A DNA stretch of 61,115 bases, the filler included. It is 6 parts of 6 records of this genome, joined end to end, with 100 filler letters (N's around TTAATTAATTAA, not from the genome) between each part and the next. Parts side by side here need not be neighbours in the genome. Positions count along the whole stretch, not along the records: positions 43,581 to 56,910 come from SRR15195285_614; 5 more parts are not named here. One strand, 5' to 3'. This document shows, piece after piece, positions 44,061-56,747 of the stretch (position 1 is its first letter; every line of letters starts with the position of its first letter). The position numbers were made by a program, and so were the translations under genes. Under the pieces are notes generated by a model that saw only the letters and a program-made list of their open reading frames with translations, was not told the DNA's origin and searched no databases.

Positions 44061-47000
44061 ATGGCGATGATGGCTCCGTCTTGGGCAAACTTTGCCGCTG
44101 TGGCTCTTGTACTGGTGACCGAGAGCGGGCCGCAACTGCCTCTCAAACCAATGGATGATGGCGCGAGGCGCGACCTCGAGATGCTGCTGCCTCCAGCTGC
44201 AGCTGTGCGCGCCCGACTGAAAGTTGACGATGACGATTTGGTGTGGAACGAGGACCCAAGAGCATGGCACCAGCAGTCCGCACGCACAGTGCTGCACCGT
44301 TTCTCGACCTTCCAAAATTTTCAACAATTTGCTCGCGAGTCAAAACAAGCAGGCGTGTCGATGCTCATGCTGATGCGAGTACAGAAGGTTGACGCGTGCC
44401 CAGGCCCCTGGTACGGTGGGCTGCAGATGTGTGAGCACATCAATGGTTCGTTCCCGGCTGCGGACGGCACGCTCGAGGAGTGGCAGGCGCTGCTGAAGGA
44501 AATCAAACCGATGCGGTTGGGGTGGTGGTGGGAGCCAGTTGTTTGGTCAGTGCAAGGCCCTGTTTGGGAGGCAGCTGCGGCGGACCCGTTCTCTGATGTC
44601 GGCCAGTGGTTCAGCTGGAATGCTACAGACAGAGACATTTGCATGGGATACAACCCATGTGCAAATAATCTCACATGCAAAGTCAGTTCGAAACCTGGCA
44701 AGAACGGACAAGGCCCAGATGGCATTTCGCCGTTCCTGCACTGCGCGGGCCCTGGCTGCGCCCAAGGCACGTGGGGTTCCGAAGGACCTTGGAACAAGCG
44801 TTCGATCAAAGCCGCCCTCAGCAGCTTCGGCAGCCCATCGTTCAGCAGCTATCTCGTCGATGCCATGGCTAACTCCTGGACTCGCAATCTCGGCATCGAC
44901 GCATATACTTTTGACGTGGCTGGCGATTACCATCCTGACAGCCATGGTAGGTGTCCGAGTGGCATGCTGCAGACTGGGCCGTCAGGCCAGTCGCTACCTG
45001 CGCTCGCAAAAATTATTGAGAACGCCCGGGCAGAACAGCCGCAAATTGTTGTGAGCGGGGAGAAATACTCGAGCTGGAATGAGGTTATGCTTGCTAACGC
45101 AGATGTCGGCGGCCAGGGCTTCCCTGCGTACCATGCCGCGATGCACGAAGCTGTGGCGTCTGGTGATGCCACGCAGCTGGAAGGCAACGCAAGCACGAGT
45201 GGTGCGGATGCAGCAACGGTGCTGTGCTACATGCATCCTTATTATGATGGCCGACAGCCGGGAGGATGTCCGACTATGTACTTCCGCGATCAGACTGCAA
45301 CGTACAAGAACGTTTCTCAGCACAACATGTGTGCTCTCCGTTCAATCGCATCTCAATCGATCGAGTTTTACCATTGCTGTTTTGCCTGAATGTATTCATT
45401 GGTGCTTACCAGGTACATCGCACTTGAAGCTGGCTCGGGGATCCTTTGTGAGCACGATGGGCAGCCTGGTCGTGGGAGCTGTCCGAGCTGCTCCCCTGGG
45501 TGGGGACTGAGCAGCCCAGATCCTTTCACCAATGGCACTGAGTCGCCTCTCTGGGCTTTCACAAAGTACCGAGCTTTGAACAGGCTGGCGCTGCGGACGA
45601 AGCTCAATGCCACGAGCTCGATGGGTGGGGCGATTGCCTACCTAAAATGGGATTCAATGGGGCCAAGAGGCGATGCTGCGATTATGGTGTTCAATCCCGC
45701 CGGCGCGCAGACTGTGACGATTGACTTGAGGAGCTTGCCCACGGCCGTGATAGGAGCCCGGCTGTACGATCTGTTCGTTGGTAACGAGTCAACACTACTG
45801 CAGCAACAGGAGCTGCAGCCACCGCTTGCGAGGACGTGGACGGTTCAGATGGCGGCAGGCCAATTTGCTGCCTTCAGTGGCTTTAGCCTGGGGGTCTTTG
45901 CACCACGCAAGGGCAAGAAGAGTAGTTGCCGTGCCGACGATGGCTACAGCAAGCCTGCGATCGGCGACACACTGCAAGCCTGCTTTCTCGAATGCGCCAA
46001 TGACAAGCGGTGCAACAACGTCTTCGTCGAGTATATGAACATCAACTATATGGAGAAACCACCACCTGCAAACTGTACTCTGCTTGGGCCACTACAAGAC
46101 CCAAGTACTGGTTGCAAAGGAGTGACGAACGCATCGCTTGGACCGGGTGGGACGCTCATCGCAGCACTTCCTGGAGCGCGGAGCCGTGCTACCGATTGGC
46201 CTGGAGCCATGCCACCGCTTGTAGCTGGTGTGGAGGGCTATGCTTTGAAGACTGACGATGACCTGGACGCACAAGAAGTCGCCTTAAGTGGCCCGGCCTG
46301 GAGTGGCCCATCTGCCTCGCTCGTGCGCGATGCCAGCGGTCAGATGCGAATTGTTGTCGACGGGCAGATATTATCGCCAATTTTTCTTAGTCTGAACCCC
46401 AACGCCAGAAATTGGGCAGCTTGGACTTACGAAGCCGAACTGGCGACGGCTTCCAACGTGAGCTTGATCGAAATTTGTTTGACCGAATCCAACATTCTGT
46501 CTGGACGAGAATACCTTTCCACAATCAAGAGCAAACTAGGCAATTACCGTGGCTATCTGATCGCCCGTGTGTTTTTGGGAGAATCGGACGACAGCTTTGA
46601 ACCGACACGAACGCAAAGCACCCTGGATGGAAGTTACAAAAACTGCAGCGCTGCTGATCTGTCGTGCAGCCCGTACAGGTTCAGCCTGTCCGACCGGTGG
46701 GTTCAAAGCAAACAGCAGAGCCTGCGGCGAATCCTGCCAAAGCTGAACGCAGCGTTCCCAGGGCAGCTCGCGGTGGTCAGGCCCACATATCTCAACGGAG
46801 GTGAGTGGTTCTACGTGCAGCAGGCAGGTGCAAAAGATCCGGAGACTGGGAGACCCGTGGAGTGGCGCTACGCTGACTATTCCAGTGACAGTGAAATGCA
46901 GTTTTGTGGCTGGTCTGGTATGCCAAGTCGGTTTAGAAGAGGAGATTGCCGAGTACCCGATGTCAGAACTCGACTAACGCCCAATTTCGGCAACACATTG

Positions 47001-48509
47001 ATACGCGGCGATGATGGCAACGCTTCACGCTCAGTGTATTTCAATCGCTTTCTTGCGCATCGTGTCACGTCTGCGATAGTGTCCTTGGGTGACACAATCA
47101 AGCAAGCTTCCAACAACCAGCTTCTAACGATGTTTTTCTATGGGTATCTCTTTTCTCTCGACTTTGATCCAGCGTCAGGTCACAATTGCCTGCAGCGGCT
47201 GCTCTCGTCACCTGCTGTCGACATCATCAGTGGACCTTACTCGTACGGCGAATCGCGAACCCTTGATATTGGGTTCAGACCACACGGTCCTGCAGATGCC
47301 GCAGCAGCATGGGGGAAAATGCACATCCACGAAGACGACACCAGAACGCTGCTTTACAATGTGTCATCAAATCAGTCTCCCGGCAACCACCGAATGACTA
47401 ACCTGTCTGATACAGTCACCATGATCAAACGAAACGGCTTGACGGCTGCGCTGAGGGGCAATGGTCTGTACTACTTCGACTTGTTCGGTGATGGTTGGTT
47501 TGGACAGCCATCGCGACCAATTGAGTCAGCTGCGATGTGGAGTGCCATACAGGGCGTGATCGAGAATGCGGCAATGGTCAATACTACGGAAGATTCGGCC
47601 TTCAGGCCCCAGGTCGTGGTTTTTGTAGACGAGATTTCACAATCCCACATGACATACGACAACAACTACGGAGCCTCTGCCGGTCTGCCGAACGACAATT
47701 TCATCGACAGTTTGCTGCGCGAGGCAGCTGATCAATTAACGCAGCTCGGAGCCCCCGTTCGACTGCACCTTCTTTCAGATCTGCTGTCTCCTCAATTTGA
47801 CGCTGATTCTGTCAAGCTGGCCGTATTCTTGAACGCGTTTTCACTAAGTGGTACCTTGCGCGTCGCCATTGACAATCGTCTGAAGAACCAGAATCGGACA
47901 CTCCTATTTTTCCACGCTGCAGGCTTGCTGGACTCCAACACATTGTCTGCAACAGTTGCGGGAATGGCGGATCTTATCGGTATGCCGATTCAGCAAGGAA
48001 GTGGCGGTGCAATCAGTCAAGTGACCAACACCACAGATTTCTGTCTATCATGTGGAACATACGGCAGCGCTGCTCTGGTCAGCCCTTGGTTTCACGTGAC
48101 AGAGGTTCACGGTACGGGCGTTGAGGCTCACGGCCGGTATGTGGCCAACGGCCTCACCTCACTTGCATCCAGGAAGTTTCCTAACCACCAAACAGTGTAT
48201 TCAGGGTCGCCGTCGCTAGGGCTAGAAATGTGGCGATGGGTTGCGGGGAGCTCGGGCGTTCATCTGTTCTCAAATGTAACTGGCGATGTTGTGGAGGCCA
48301 ATGGGAACACCTTAATGTTGTTTTCTGCTGCAGTCGGTGGTGTTCGGACAGTGACCTTGACCACAATCATGTCACAAGTCGTCGAAGTTGTAGACACAAG
48401 AGAGACTGTCGTCTGCAACTCATGCCAGGTGTTTGAGACTCCGTGGCTTGCTGCGCACCAAATCCGATTGTACAGGTGGAAAGGCAAAAGCACCACAGCG
48501 GACAGCTGA
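44061..48509 (+). CDS. Secreted multi-enzyme glycoside hydrolase fusion (GH13-like barrel + beta-sandwich + PAN/apple-like + GH42/beta-galactosidase-like); exons 44061-45328, 45413-48509; ~1,454 aa
   Basis: Signal-like MAPSWANFAAVALVLVT. Intron 45329-45412 (GTGTGC..TACCAG) joins ORFs 43767 and 45390 in frame. GIDAYTFDVA and VSGE resemble GH13 catalytic regions; ACFLECANDKRC is PAN-like; GGEWFY, ADYS, FYGY, SPAVDIISGPYSY and HEDDTRT resemble bacterial beta-galactosidase-like proteins. Family assignments are tentative. Confidence 0.6.
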
Positions 48510-48702
48510 GGCGTTTCTTTGTCTATTCGACGCTGACTAGATAGGAACGCTAGTTGAATCCATGTCGCTACGCGAGTTGGCTACGTGAAACACCCTGAAA
48601 CACCCCTGTCAAGACGGTGGCTCCAGGTGGCTGGTAGCATGTTGGCATTCGCAGTGTTGAGGTACTTTGACCAAGACCAAGTCCTTATTGTACTTATGAA
48701 TC

Positions 48703-49297
48703 CTAATCTATTATTCGGGTAAAAAAGCCTTCCTCTTCGCCACTCTCTTCATCGGTGAAAAACGTATCATCCTCCGCTGGGGCTGCCATAGAATCGGAAG
48801 AAGAAAGACTTTCGAAGCGTGGGTTCACCGTGTTCAGCTCCAGTGGTGGGCGCTCTGCGTACAATTTTGGGGGTTGCATCTGTGGAGCGGGCAAGGCTGC
48901 GTTTGCCCAGCTGCTCGCTTGTACCTGCGCAACTGTCATTCGTTGCCTTGCGTCCACTCTGAGCATGCCACACAGCAGTGCTTTGAGATCCGTGGAGGCA
49001 AACTTTTCCTCCGGCGTGAACTGGAAATCGCCGTTGGGTTTTGGTGTGGGGTTGCAGATTCGCCGACGGACTTGATCGGTGGTTTGGCAGCCTGGGCCAC
49101 TGTCAAATCCAAACGGATACTGGGTAGCAATCATTATGTACAGTATCACTCCGAGCGACCACACATCAACAGCAGCTGGATCGTAGTTGCCACTGTCAGC
49201 GTCGTCAAACATCTCAGGCGCCATGTAAGCGTGCGTCCCGTAACCCCGGGACTGCACACCCGAGTTCCAACTGCATAGGCGCGAGTGGCCAAAGTAG
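48703..49297 (-). pseudogene. Ser/Thr protein kinase C-lobe only (CAMK/SnRK-like), apparently 5'-truncated
   Basis: YGTHAYMAPE, DVWSLGVILY, YPF and MLRVDARQRMT are present. The DFG position reads YFG, with no AG acceptor next to it and no recognisable N-lobe or HRDLK upstream. Confidence 0.55.
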
Positions 49298-50158
49298 GAG
49301 CGATGCTGCCGGAGTGACCGCGCGCGCGTGGGAGGATCGCGCAATTATTTCGTTCTGTCCTCAATTTGCAAGCGCGCTACCGGTACAGTGCGATACAACC
49401 AGCAGTCAATTAGGGCCATTATTCAGGAATACACTGCGATGGATGAGGTTAGAAGGTATGATTTGCTGGGGACCATGCACGCATGTGTGCACATCTGCCT
49501 TAAACTAGATCTAGTACTCGCGTATGCAAAACGGTCGGTATGCCGGGGTTATCTACGTATGTAGCCAGGTAGGGTATGTAATGAGAAATGTTTTCGTTGA
49601 ATTGGGGCCGCGCGGTACCCATTCCACGCCTTACGCCCACAAACCCGTACTTCGAGTACTTGAGATGTCCGATTGTCCGACCTGCTCATCATCCCACAGG
49701 CAACCGCCGACAAAAATCGATGATTTAGTACGAATTTCCTTACCGGTAGTCTCTGTGATTGACGATCGCGACGGCCGGTGGAACAATTGAAGTGCTTTTG
49801 GCGTTTTTTTGGGGCCGTTTTGGCAGTGTTCCTTTGGGCACTTTTGGGCATTTCCACGGTGGGTATGTATGTGGGAAGTGACTGGGCTGTGAGCGTCCGT
49901 TGGTTTGCGAATGGCTGGGCTGGTGTGCTTGGTCGTTTGTGTGGGGAAGACGGCGTGCTGAGCGGGAACTGATCACGTTCAGTTCGGTTCGTCTCCGCGC
50001 GCTCCGTACAGTTGACTGGGGAGGGTGGTCGACCCTCTGTTCAAACCGAACGGCTGAGTGGTGTGGTCTGATGGAGGTGTCTTAGCCCATGCAGTGGGAA
50101 GGTAGCTGTGTGGCGGCGAGCTAGATAGAATCGGCGCTGCTGGGTTGTTTCGCACGCC

Positions 50159-53100
50159 ATGGAGCGGCGCGAGGCGGAGGAGCTGATGCCGCCGCCACCG
50201 GCCGTTGTGGTGGACGCCAACCAGCCGTTGAAGGTTGACGAGAGCTTTGCCGCGCTGCTTGCGGATGGTGTCACGGCTATGCCAGCGATCCCAGGGATGG
50301 TGGCGTCGGCGCCGAGCGGAGAGAGGCCCTACGTTGGGCTGGCGGTCGACCCGAAGACGCGTGGGCTGGTGGCTGTCGAGAAAGCCAAGAAGAAGCACGA
50401 GAATCACGCTGCTGCAGCGGCAGCAGGCGTGCCGCTCTGGATAACCATCGAGAACGACGTCGCATGGGAATGGTTCAAGGAGCTAGATGACGACAGCTCT
50501 GGAGAGCTGGACATGGCGGAGGCCAAGCAGCTGTGCGTCAAACTGAACCTGAAGGTGAAAAACTTTGCGAAAGTGTTTGCCGAGCTGGACGCGGGCGGTG
50601 ACGGGACAGTATCGTTTACCGAGTTCGTCCACTGGTTCAACGAGCGGAAGACAGCGGAGCGGCGCGAGATGCGGCTGCAGATCCGCGACCTGTTCCAGAA
50701 GATCGACAGAGATAAAAGCGGGTGCCTCAGCAAGGACGAGATCAGGACACTGGTCAAGAAGTCGGGCAAGAAGCTGAACCTTGTCGATCCACCATTTGAC
50801 CTCGAAAAGGACTGGGCGGCCATGCATAAAATAGGAGAGGAACGGGATATGCTTGGAGAGATCGTGCAGGAGGGTGAGGTGACGTTCGCGCACTTTGAAG
50901 ACTGGTGGAAAGATCGCTCTGGCATCGTCGATGTGGCAATACCAGTGCTCCCGGAGTTCATGGTGCTCCGCATCGCCGAGGTGGGTGAGCGGGAGGGACG
51001 GGTGGAACGCAGGCGACTGCCGATGGAAGACCTGCAGCGAATGTCACTCCAAGATCTCGATCGAATAGACTTCGCCCGAATGAACTTCAACGATCTCTAC
51101 GCACGGGTCGATAACGATGTGATTGTCGAACGACGTGCCCGAAAGTGTGGAGTGGCTTTGCCAACTAAGAATGGCGCAGAAAATGGTGAATTAAGCTCTG
51201 AGCTGCGGGCATTGAACATGAAGCTGAGAAAGGACGTGTTGGATGAGCTGGCGCTTGCACAGGAGGTGAAAGAGCAGAGAATATCCGAAGACTCCGAACG
51301 AACGGGGCGAGAGATAGTCATCGATCTTTTGGTTGAGCAGAAAGGCACCCCAGGGGTGGATTATCATCGTTCAGGGCGCGAGCTGTGGGCATACTTGCGG
51401 CCACGGCTCAAGTTTATCGTGGAGCTGCAGAAGGAGTGGGGCAATGTGCACGAGCTGTACCCCTCGCGTGGCGACAGCTTGTTTGAGGAGGTTGCGTTGC
51501 CGAAGGGCATTCGGGACCCGGACTCACTCAGTTCAGGAATGTGGGACTTGTTCGGCCTGCTCCTGTTAATCTGTGTCTCGGTGCTAGTACCACTGCGATC
51601 GTGTTTTGAAGTCGAGGTGGAACCCTTCAGCGGTGCGTGGTTTTTTGACCTCTTCACTGACGTGTACTTTGTGGTCGATCTATTTCTCAACTTTTTCACA
51701 GCCTATTACGACGACAAGGGGATGCGGGAATTCCGAAAGAGCAAGATACGGTGGAACTATTTACGGGGCTGGTTTGTGATCGATTTAGTCTCCTGCCTGC
51801 CCGTTGGATACCTGGGTATGATCACCACGGCGATTAAGGGTGGTGACGATGGTGAGGAAGGCGGCTCATCGAACACACGAGCGTTTAAAGCACTGCGTTT
51901 GCTGCGGCTGGCAAAAATGCTCCGCGTTGCAAAGGTGCTGAAGATTTTCGAGAAGTACGCAGAGGCACTGTCGACGTTTGCAGGTGTCTATATTATGATC
52001 TTTATGATCCTCTTCCTCGCACACATAATGTGCTGTTTCTGGTATATGATCGGGTTGGGGGAGGATGTCACGCCTGGAATTGCAGACCCCATTCAAGGAT
52101 GGGTGCGGCAGCAGGAGTGGGATGACCTCACGCTCGTGCCCCTGTGGACCAAATATGCAACGGCCTTGGCAACAGTCTTCGCGGCGCTGGAGAACTGGAA
52201 CACAGGTGCGCCCGCCTGCTTCTGTTCAGCTTCCTGGGTATTCGCTTGGGAATGTGGCGCATCTTGCCAGGTCTCGAAGACCACATTGCGTGTCCAGAAC
52301 CGCTGCGTCTTACTGATCACCATTGTTACGGCGCTTGTTGCTGGTTGCGATGATGGTGTGGCTATGTTCGTTGTCGCGACTGGTGTGTCCACGGTTTGGT
52401 CCTATGCTGCAGACACGGAGAAGCTGTATGCCTGGTTCGCTGAGATCATGGTCGGCTTCATATTCGGCACGATAGCGGGAGTGATGTCACAAATTATGAC
52501 TCAAATCAAGGGCAACGATCAGGAGTTTACAATCAAGCTCAACGGTATAGCAGCTGTCTGTGTGATGACAACTGTTGTCAACTTAGTCGATTCGTTGCTT
52601 CTTCAGCTTCTGCTTTGCGTGCTTCTCATGTTGATTCATGTTGCGTCTGCTGCCGTTGTTGTTGCTGTGCTGCTGCACTGCATTCATAGGAATGAGAACT
52701 TGGCTTAAAGAGCAGAATTTCTCGAAACCGGAACAGAAAAAAGTTCTGAACTATTTCCGTGAAGTGTGGAAGACCAAGACACTCTTCAGTGAGGCAGAAA
52801 TTCTGGGCGAGATGCCACCAGAGATGAGAAACCGTCTGGTGGAAAAGCTGTACGGCTCCGCTCAATAGCGCTAAGTTCGGGGTTTGACGCAGCTTGTTTC
52901 AAAACAGAAATTTACACCATGCGTTCAATCTTGTGAACGGCGCAGGTACAAACCGGTAGTGCAGGAGATGCCGCTGTTTAAGGGTCTCTCGGACGAGATT
53001 GTGGTGGGAATATGCTTGCGTGCGAAGCCTATGATGGCCATCAAAAACCAGGAGATAATGTCCGAGGGCTTCCCAGGACGCGAAATGTTTCTGCTGCTCG

Positions 53101-54027
53101 CGGGGGAGGTCGAGGTGACCAAAGGCCGAGGCAACAATCGAAAGCGGCTAGGTTTTCTTAGCGAAGGCTCGTTTTTTGGTGAGAATCCAGTGCTCGCTGG
53201 CGGCTCGGAGGAAATAAGAAAGCGAACCGTCACAGCGATGACGGAGTGCAAGCTGTGCTTTCTGGTGAAGGAGGACTTAGCAGAGCTGATGAACGAGTAC
53301 CCGGCGTTCGACTTCCGCATCAAGCGCTTTAGGTGACGACGCAACGCCCCAAGTCTCTTTGCCTCATCCATGTGCTTTCTGCGGTTTCTGTGGCGATTAA
53401 TCACGGGATGATCGTGGCTGAAAACTGAATTTCGGTATGGCGTGCAGGTCCCTTGGGAAACAGCACGCCAAGGGCCAACGACTTCTACGACTTGGGTCAC
53501 GGTCACTTAGCACGCACGACATTGAAAAACTGAAGCGCATGCAAGCCAAGGTGTGCCTGCCACGAAATCTCGCCGATCTATTGCAACCATACCATGCAAA
53601 TATCACAGGGATATACGTTGTGTGTTGATAGGGTCAGAATTTCAAAGCTGCCAGCAAGAAGGTCAAGCTCATGGTTTCAAGCACAAACATGCTCGCCAAC
53701 GCTGTCGCCAATTCACGGCGAGGAACGCCTTCCATGCTTGCTAGGCACCTGTCTGATGATAGTTTGCCAGAGGACGCAAGTTCCCCTAGGCTGCAGCCAG
53801 AACCGCCTCCAGGACGAAGTCCAACTGGCAGATCGTCTTCTGCGTCTGCCGGTGGAGCTGCGCGTGCAGTGGGGACAACAGTAGACACCCAGGCGGTTGA
53901 GAGAGTGGTGGCGCGACTTCTTGCTGCTCACAGCACTGAAGTGATGCAAGCAATTGCTGACTTACAGGCGGCCCAGACCGCACTGGTCGAAAAGGTGGAA
54001 GCGCTGAGCCACGGCCGTGAGGGATAG
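50159..54027 (+). CDS. EF-hand-fused CNBD (HCN/KCNH-like) ion channel homologue, multi-exon
   Basis: EF loops DDDSSGELDMAE, DAGGDGTVSFTE and DRDKSGCLSKDE; S1-S4 (WD..VPL..F, DLFLNFFTAYY, NYLRGWFVIDLVSCLP, ALRLLRLAKMLRVAK); S5 AHIMCCFWY; C-linker and CNBD (PLFKGL..GREMF..FFGE). Introns 52206-52412, 52545-52689 and 52850-52945, plus two more after 53332. Confidence 0.85.
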
Positions 54028-54173
54028 ATATGAGCGCATTGGCTGAGACTGCGCTCGATGTCGTCAAGTAGCTTCTCCGAAGTAGCCTCGGAAGGATGGC
54101 CAAAATGTTGCAACTCGCTGTACCCATAGATAGGACTCGTACAATACTGAAAATTTTCTCAAGTCAGTGATTG

Positions 54174-56112
54174 TTATGTAAAGTGAGCCGGGTTTTCTGG
54201 GCGGAGCCCTACAACACCCGCACCAGTCCAGGCAATCCGTCGTGAGCCCGGCTCCTGCTCTAGATTGCTTTGCTCCTGTTGTTGGTCGCCATAATACCCA
54301 CCAGGGAATCCGTTAGGCGGTTTGCGACCAGCATCGCTGCCGCTGTACCAACCACCCTCGTATGTCGTAGCGCCATCCGAAGGCGCGGACTGTCGTCCTG
54401 CTTCGTGCTCAGTGACTGCAATTGCTGTTGCCCGCGCGTGCCGTGTGCGGTGGTGATCTCTCGCCACCTGCAACGGTTGGTGACGTCCTTGTCGTGCGTA
54501 GCTCCACTGGTGTCGTTCGTCCGTGTGCACTAGTCCTTTGACAAGCTGCGGGTTGTGCGTCTGGTCTTTGAATGACCAAATACCGTCCAGAGTGATGTCA
54601 CTCTCAATACCGTAATCCTGCAGAGTCATTCCATCCTGCAGTGCTTCTCCAGTCTTGCCATGCGCCAAACCTGCACAGGTAGCAAGAAGCAAATACATTG
54701 AGCACAGGCAGTGCGACACCATCATCGCAGCTGGTGCGCTTATTGAATGGAGTGTATGGTTTGAGCGATGCTGGCAGCAATGGCTAACTCTATGCACCCC
54801 TCCAGTCGTGCGAGCAAGGCAGGTTCTTGCTGCGACACATACAAATACAAGTGCGCCACTCACGCATCCGGTGTGCGGCCACTCCCAGCTCCTTCTGCAG
54901 CATGAGCTTAATGTCTGATATCCGCTTGGTCTTGTCCGCGACGAGTGTGATTGAGTTTGGTGTATCGGTTGAAACGTAGAGTGTAGGAATGTACCTCACT
55001 GTCACAACCAGGTCGTCCGCCCAGTCAGGGTCCGGACCTGGATCGTCCGGAGGCTCACCGAGCTTCACCCGCCCTCTCCGTCGCTGCTCAGCAGTGAAAC
55101 GAGGTGGCTTGGGCGCAAAGCGCAAGCGGCTTTCATCTGTGACCGAGGCTACACGCTGGGCGTGCGCATCGGTGCGAGGGTGGTGCGCCATCGCCCGAGC
55201 TGGGCCGCCCCCTCTGGTTGGCTTGCGCCGTTCTCCTCCTCCCAAGCCTTGCGAGCTACCAACCATCGGTTGGACCATCTCATTAGCAAGTGCTGAACCT
55301 GGATTGCTGGCCCGACTGCTTGCAGAGCGTGACTTCTTGTCATCACTCCACGCTTCACCACGCCACGGTGTCAGCGTAGATTGTTCGGTGCAGCTCTTGC
55401 GACTATTCAGCAACGGAACGCCTGGAACGCCTTCACCGCACCGCTTCCCATGCGCATGTGTCGCAAGGTTTTCACGATACTGCGCCCACGCGGGGTCGCC
55501 GCTGGCGGTCGCCACCTGCGTACCATAGCAGCCCTTCGGTCCGCGCTGCCGATTCGAGGTCGCGGACTGGGGCGGTCCCCAATGTGCTGGTACACTTCGT
55601 GCCACGATCGGAGCGCGCTCGCCCAAGGCGGCATCTTCGAGAACATCAGCTGCGCGTGGCTGGCGGGCCCGCACCTTCAAGTTGCCCTTCTCAGACTGCT
55701 TTGTGGAGGTAGCTCCACCTGCAGAGGTGAAAGCTAGCGGGAACGTGCCGATCTTTGGATTGGTCATGGCCGCGCTGTAGCCCATACACCACCCAGGAGC
55801 TGGTCGGCTGCTGTCTGTGATGCAAACTTCGTCGCCGGCGCGGAGCACGATGGCCCCGGACTGCAGCTCAAGCGGACCGACCATCGGGTGTCCGTTCTCA
55901 GGAAAGTCATACAAAACCCTGGCGCGCCGAAGTGAGGCATTCCACAACTCCGCCGGGTGCTTGCCGTACTTCTCCTCCAGCTTCTCACAGAGTACCACAA
56001 ACCCATGTTCCTTCAAGAGCGCTGGGATCCGTGGAATCAGCGCCGCCCGCCCGTGCTTGCGGTAAAAATCCGACAGCACCTCGCCGTGCAGCGAGGCTGG
56101 CACCGTCCGCAT
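54174..56112 (-). CDS. SH3 + ubiquitin-like domain protein; exons 56112-54864, 54670-54174; ~581 aa
   Basis: SH3: ARVLYDF..LRAGDEV..GWCMG..GTFP. Intron 54863-54671 (GTGAGT..GTGCAG) yields the ubiquitin-like ISDIKLMLQKELGVAAHRMRLAHGKTGEALQDGMTLQDYGI. Confidence 0.8.
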
Positions 56113-56192
56113 CGCTCAGAAACGCCGCGAGCCGCAGCTAGTCACATTCGCAGTACGGCACGGCGACAAACGCGCGAGCCACAGACATCCGC

Positions 56193-56325
56193 CACGCTAA
56201 TGATTCTCATGAGCCATCGCTCGAAAAAAAAGTCCCCGCGCGAGCTACTGTACAGACACGCTAATGATTCTCACGAGCTATCGCTCGAAAGAAGACGTCC
56301 CCGCGCGAGCTACTGCACAGACACG
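56193..56325. repeat. ~64-bp tandem duplication in a divergent intergenic region
   Basis: CACGCTAATGATTCTCA.GAGC.ATCGCTCGAAA...GTCCCCGCGCGAGCTACTG.ACAGA starting at 56193 and 56257. Confidence 0.85.
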
Positions 56326-56747
56326 AGACAGCCAGCCGCAACCGCGCTAGCGGCGAGGGTGGAAGCCGCACGCGAGCCGTCCGCCTGCTCGTGAGCGAGT
56401 GTCAGTGTGCCCGCACGAGCAGTCCTCGCAGCGACCGCACGCAGCACCGAAAACAGTGGTAATTTACTAATGAATACGCCAGAAAAAGCAGCGATTCGAG
56501 GCGATCAGAGGCGCGCAGTGTATTCATCAGTGACTTTTACATACTCCACGATACCATTCGTGGGGGGTGGCGGTGGTGGTGGGGGTGGTGGTCGCCCTTT
56601 TCGCCCACTGAGCGTCCTCGCTGCGGGAGCCCGGCCTGCTGAGACAGGAGGGCGGTTTGGATGGCGCGGGCGTGGGATTCGCACTGATCCGAGCTGTTGT
56701 GGATTTAGGGTGGTTGCGTTTCCTTGCGGAGGGGCGTGGAGGGCGCG

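Noticed and set aside
49740-49790. HRDYR peptide as the missing kinase catalytic loop
   Set aside because: The surrounding sequence lacks kinase features, and I could not find a splice path to the C-lobe.
52206-52708. Extra hydrophobic segments in ORF 50159..52708 as additional TM helices
   Set aside because: They are translations of introns 52206-52412 and 52545-52689.
54174-54863. 229-aa ORF as a separate secreted protein
   Set aside because: Its apparent signal peptide is intron sequence (54863-54671); the remainder is exon 2 of the SH3-Ubl gene.
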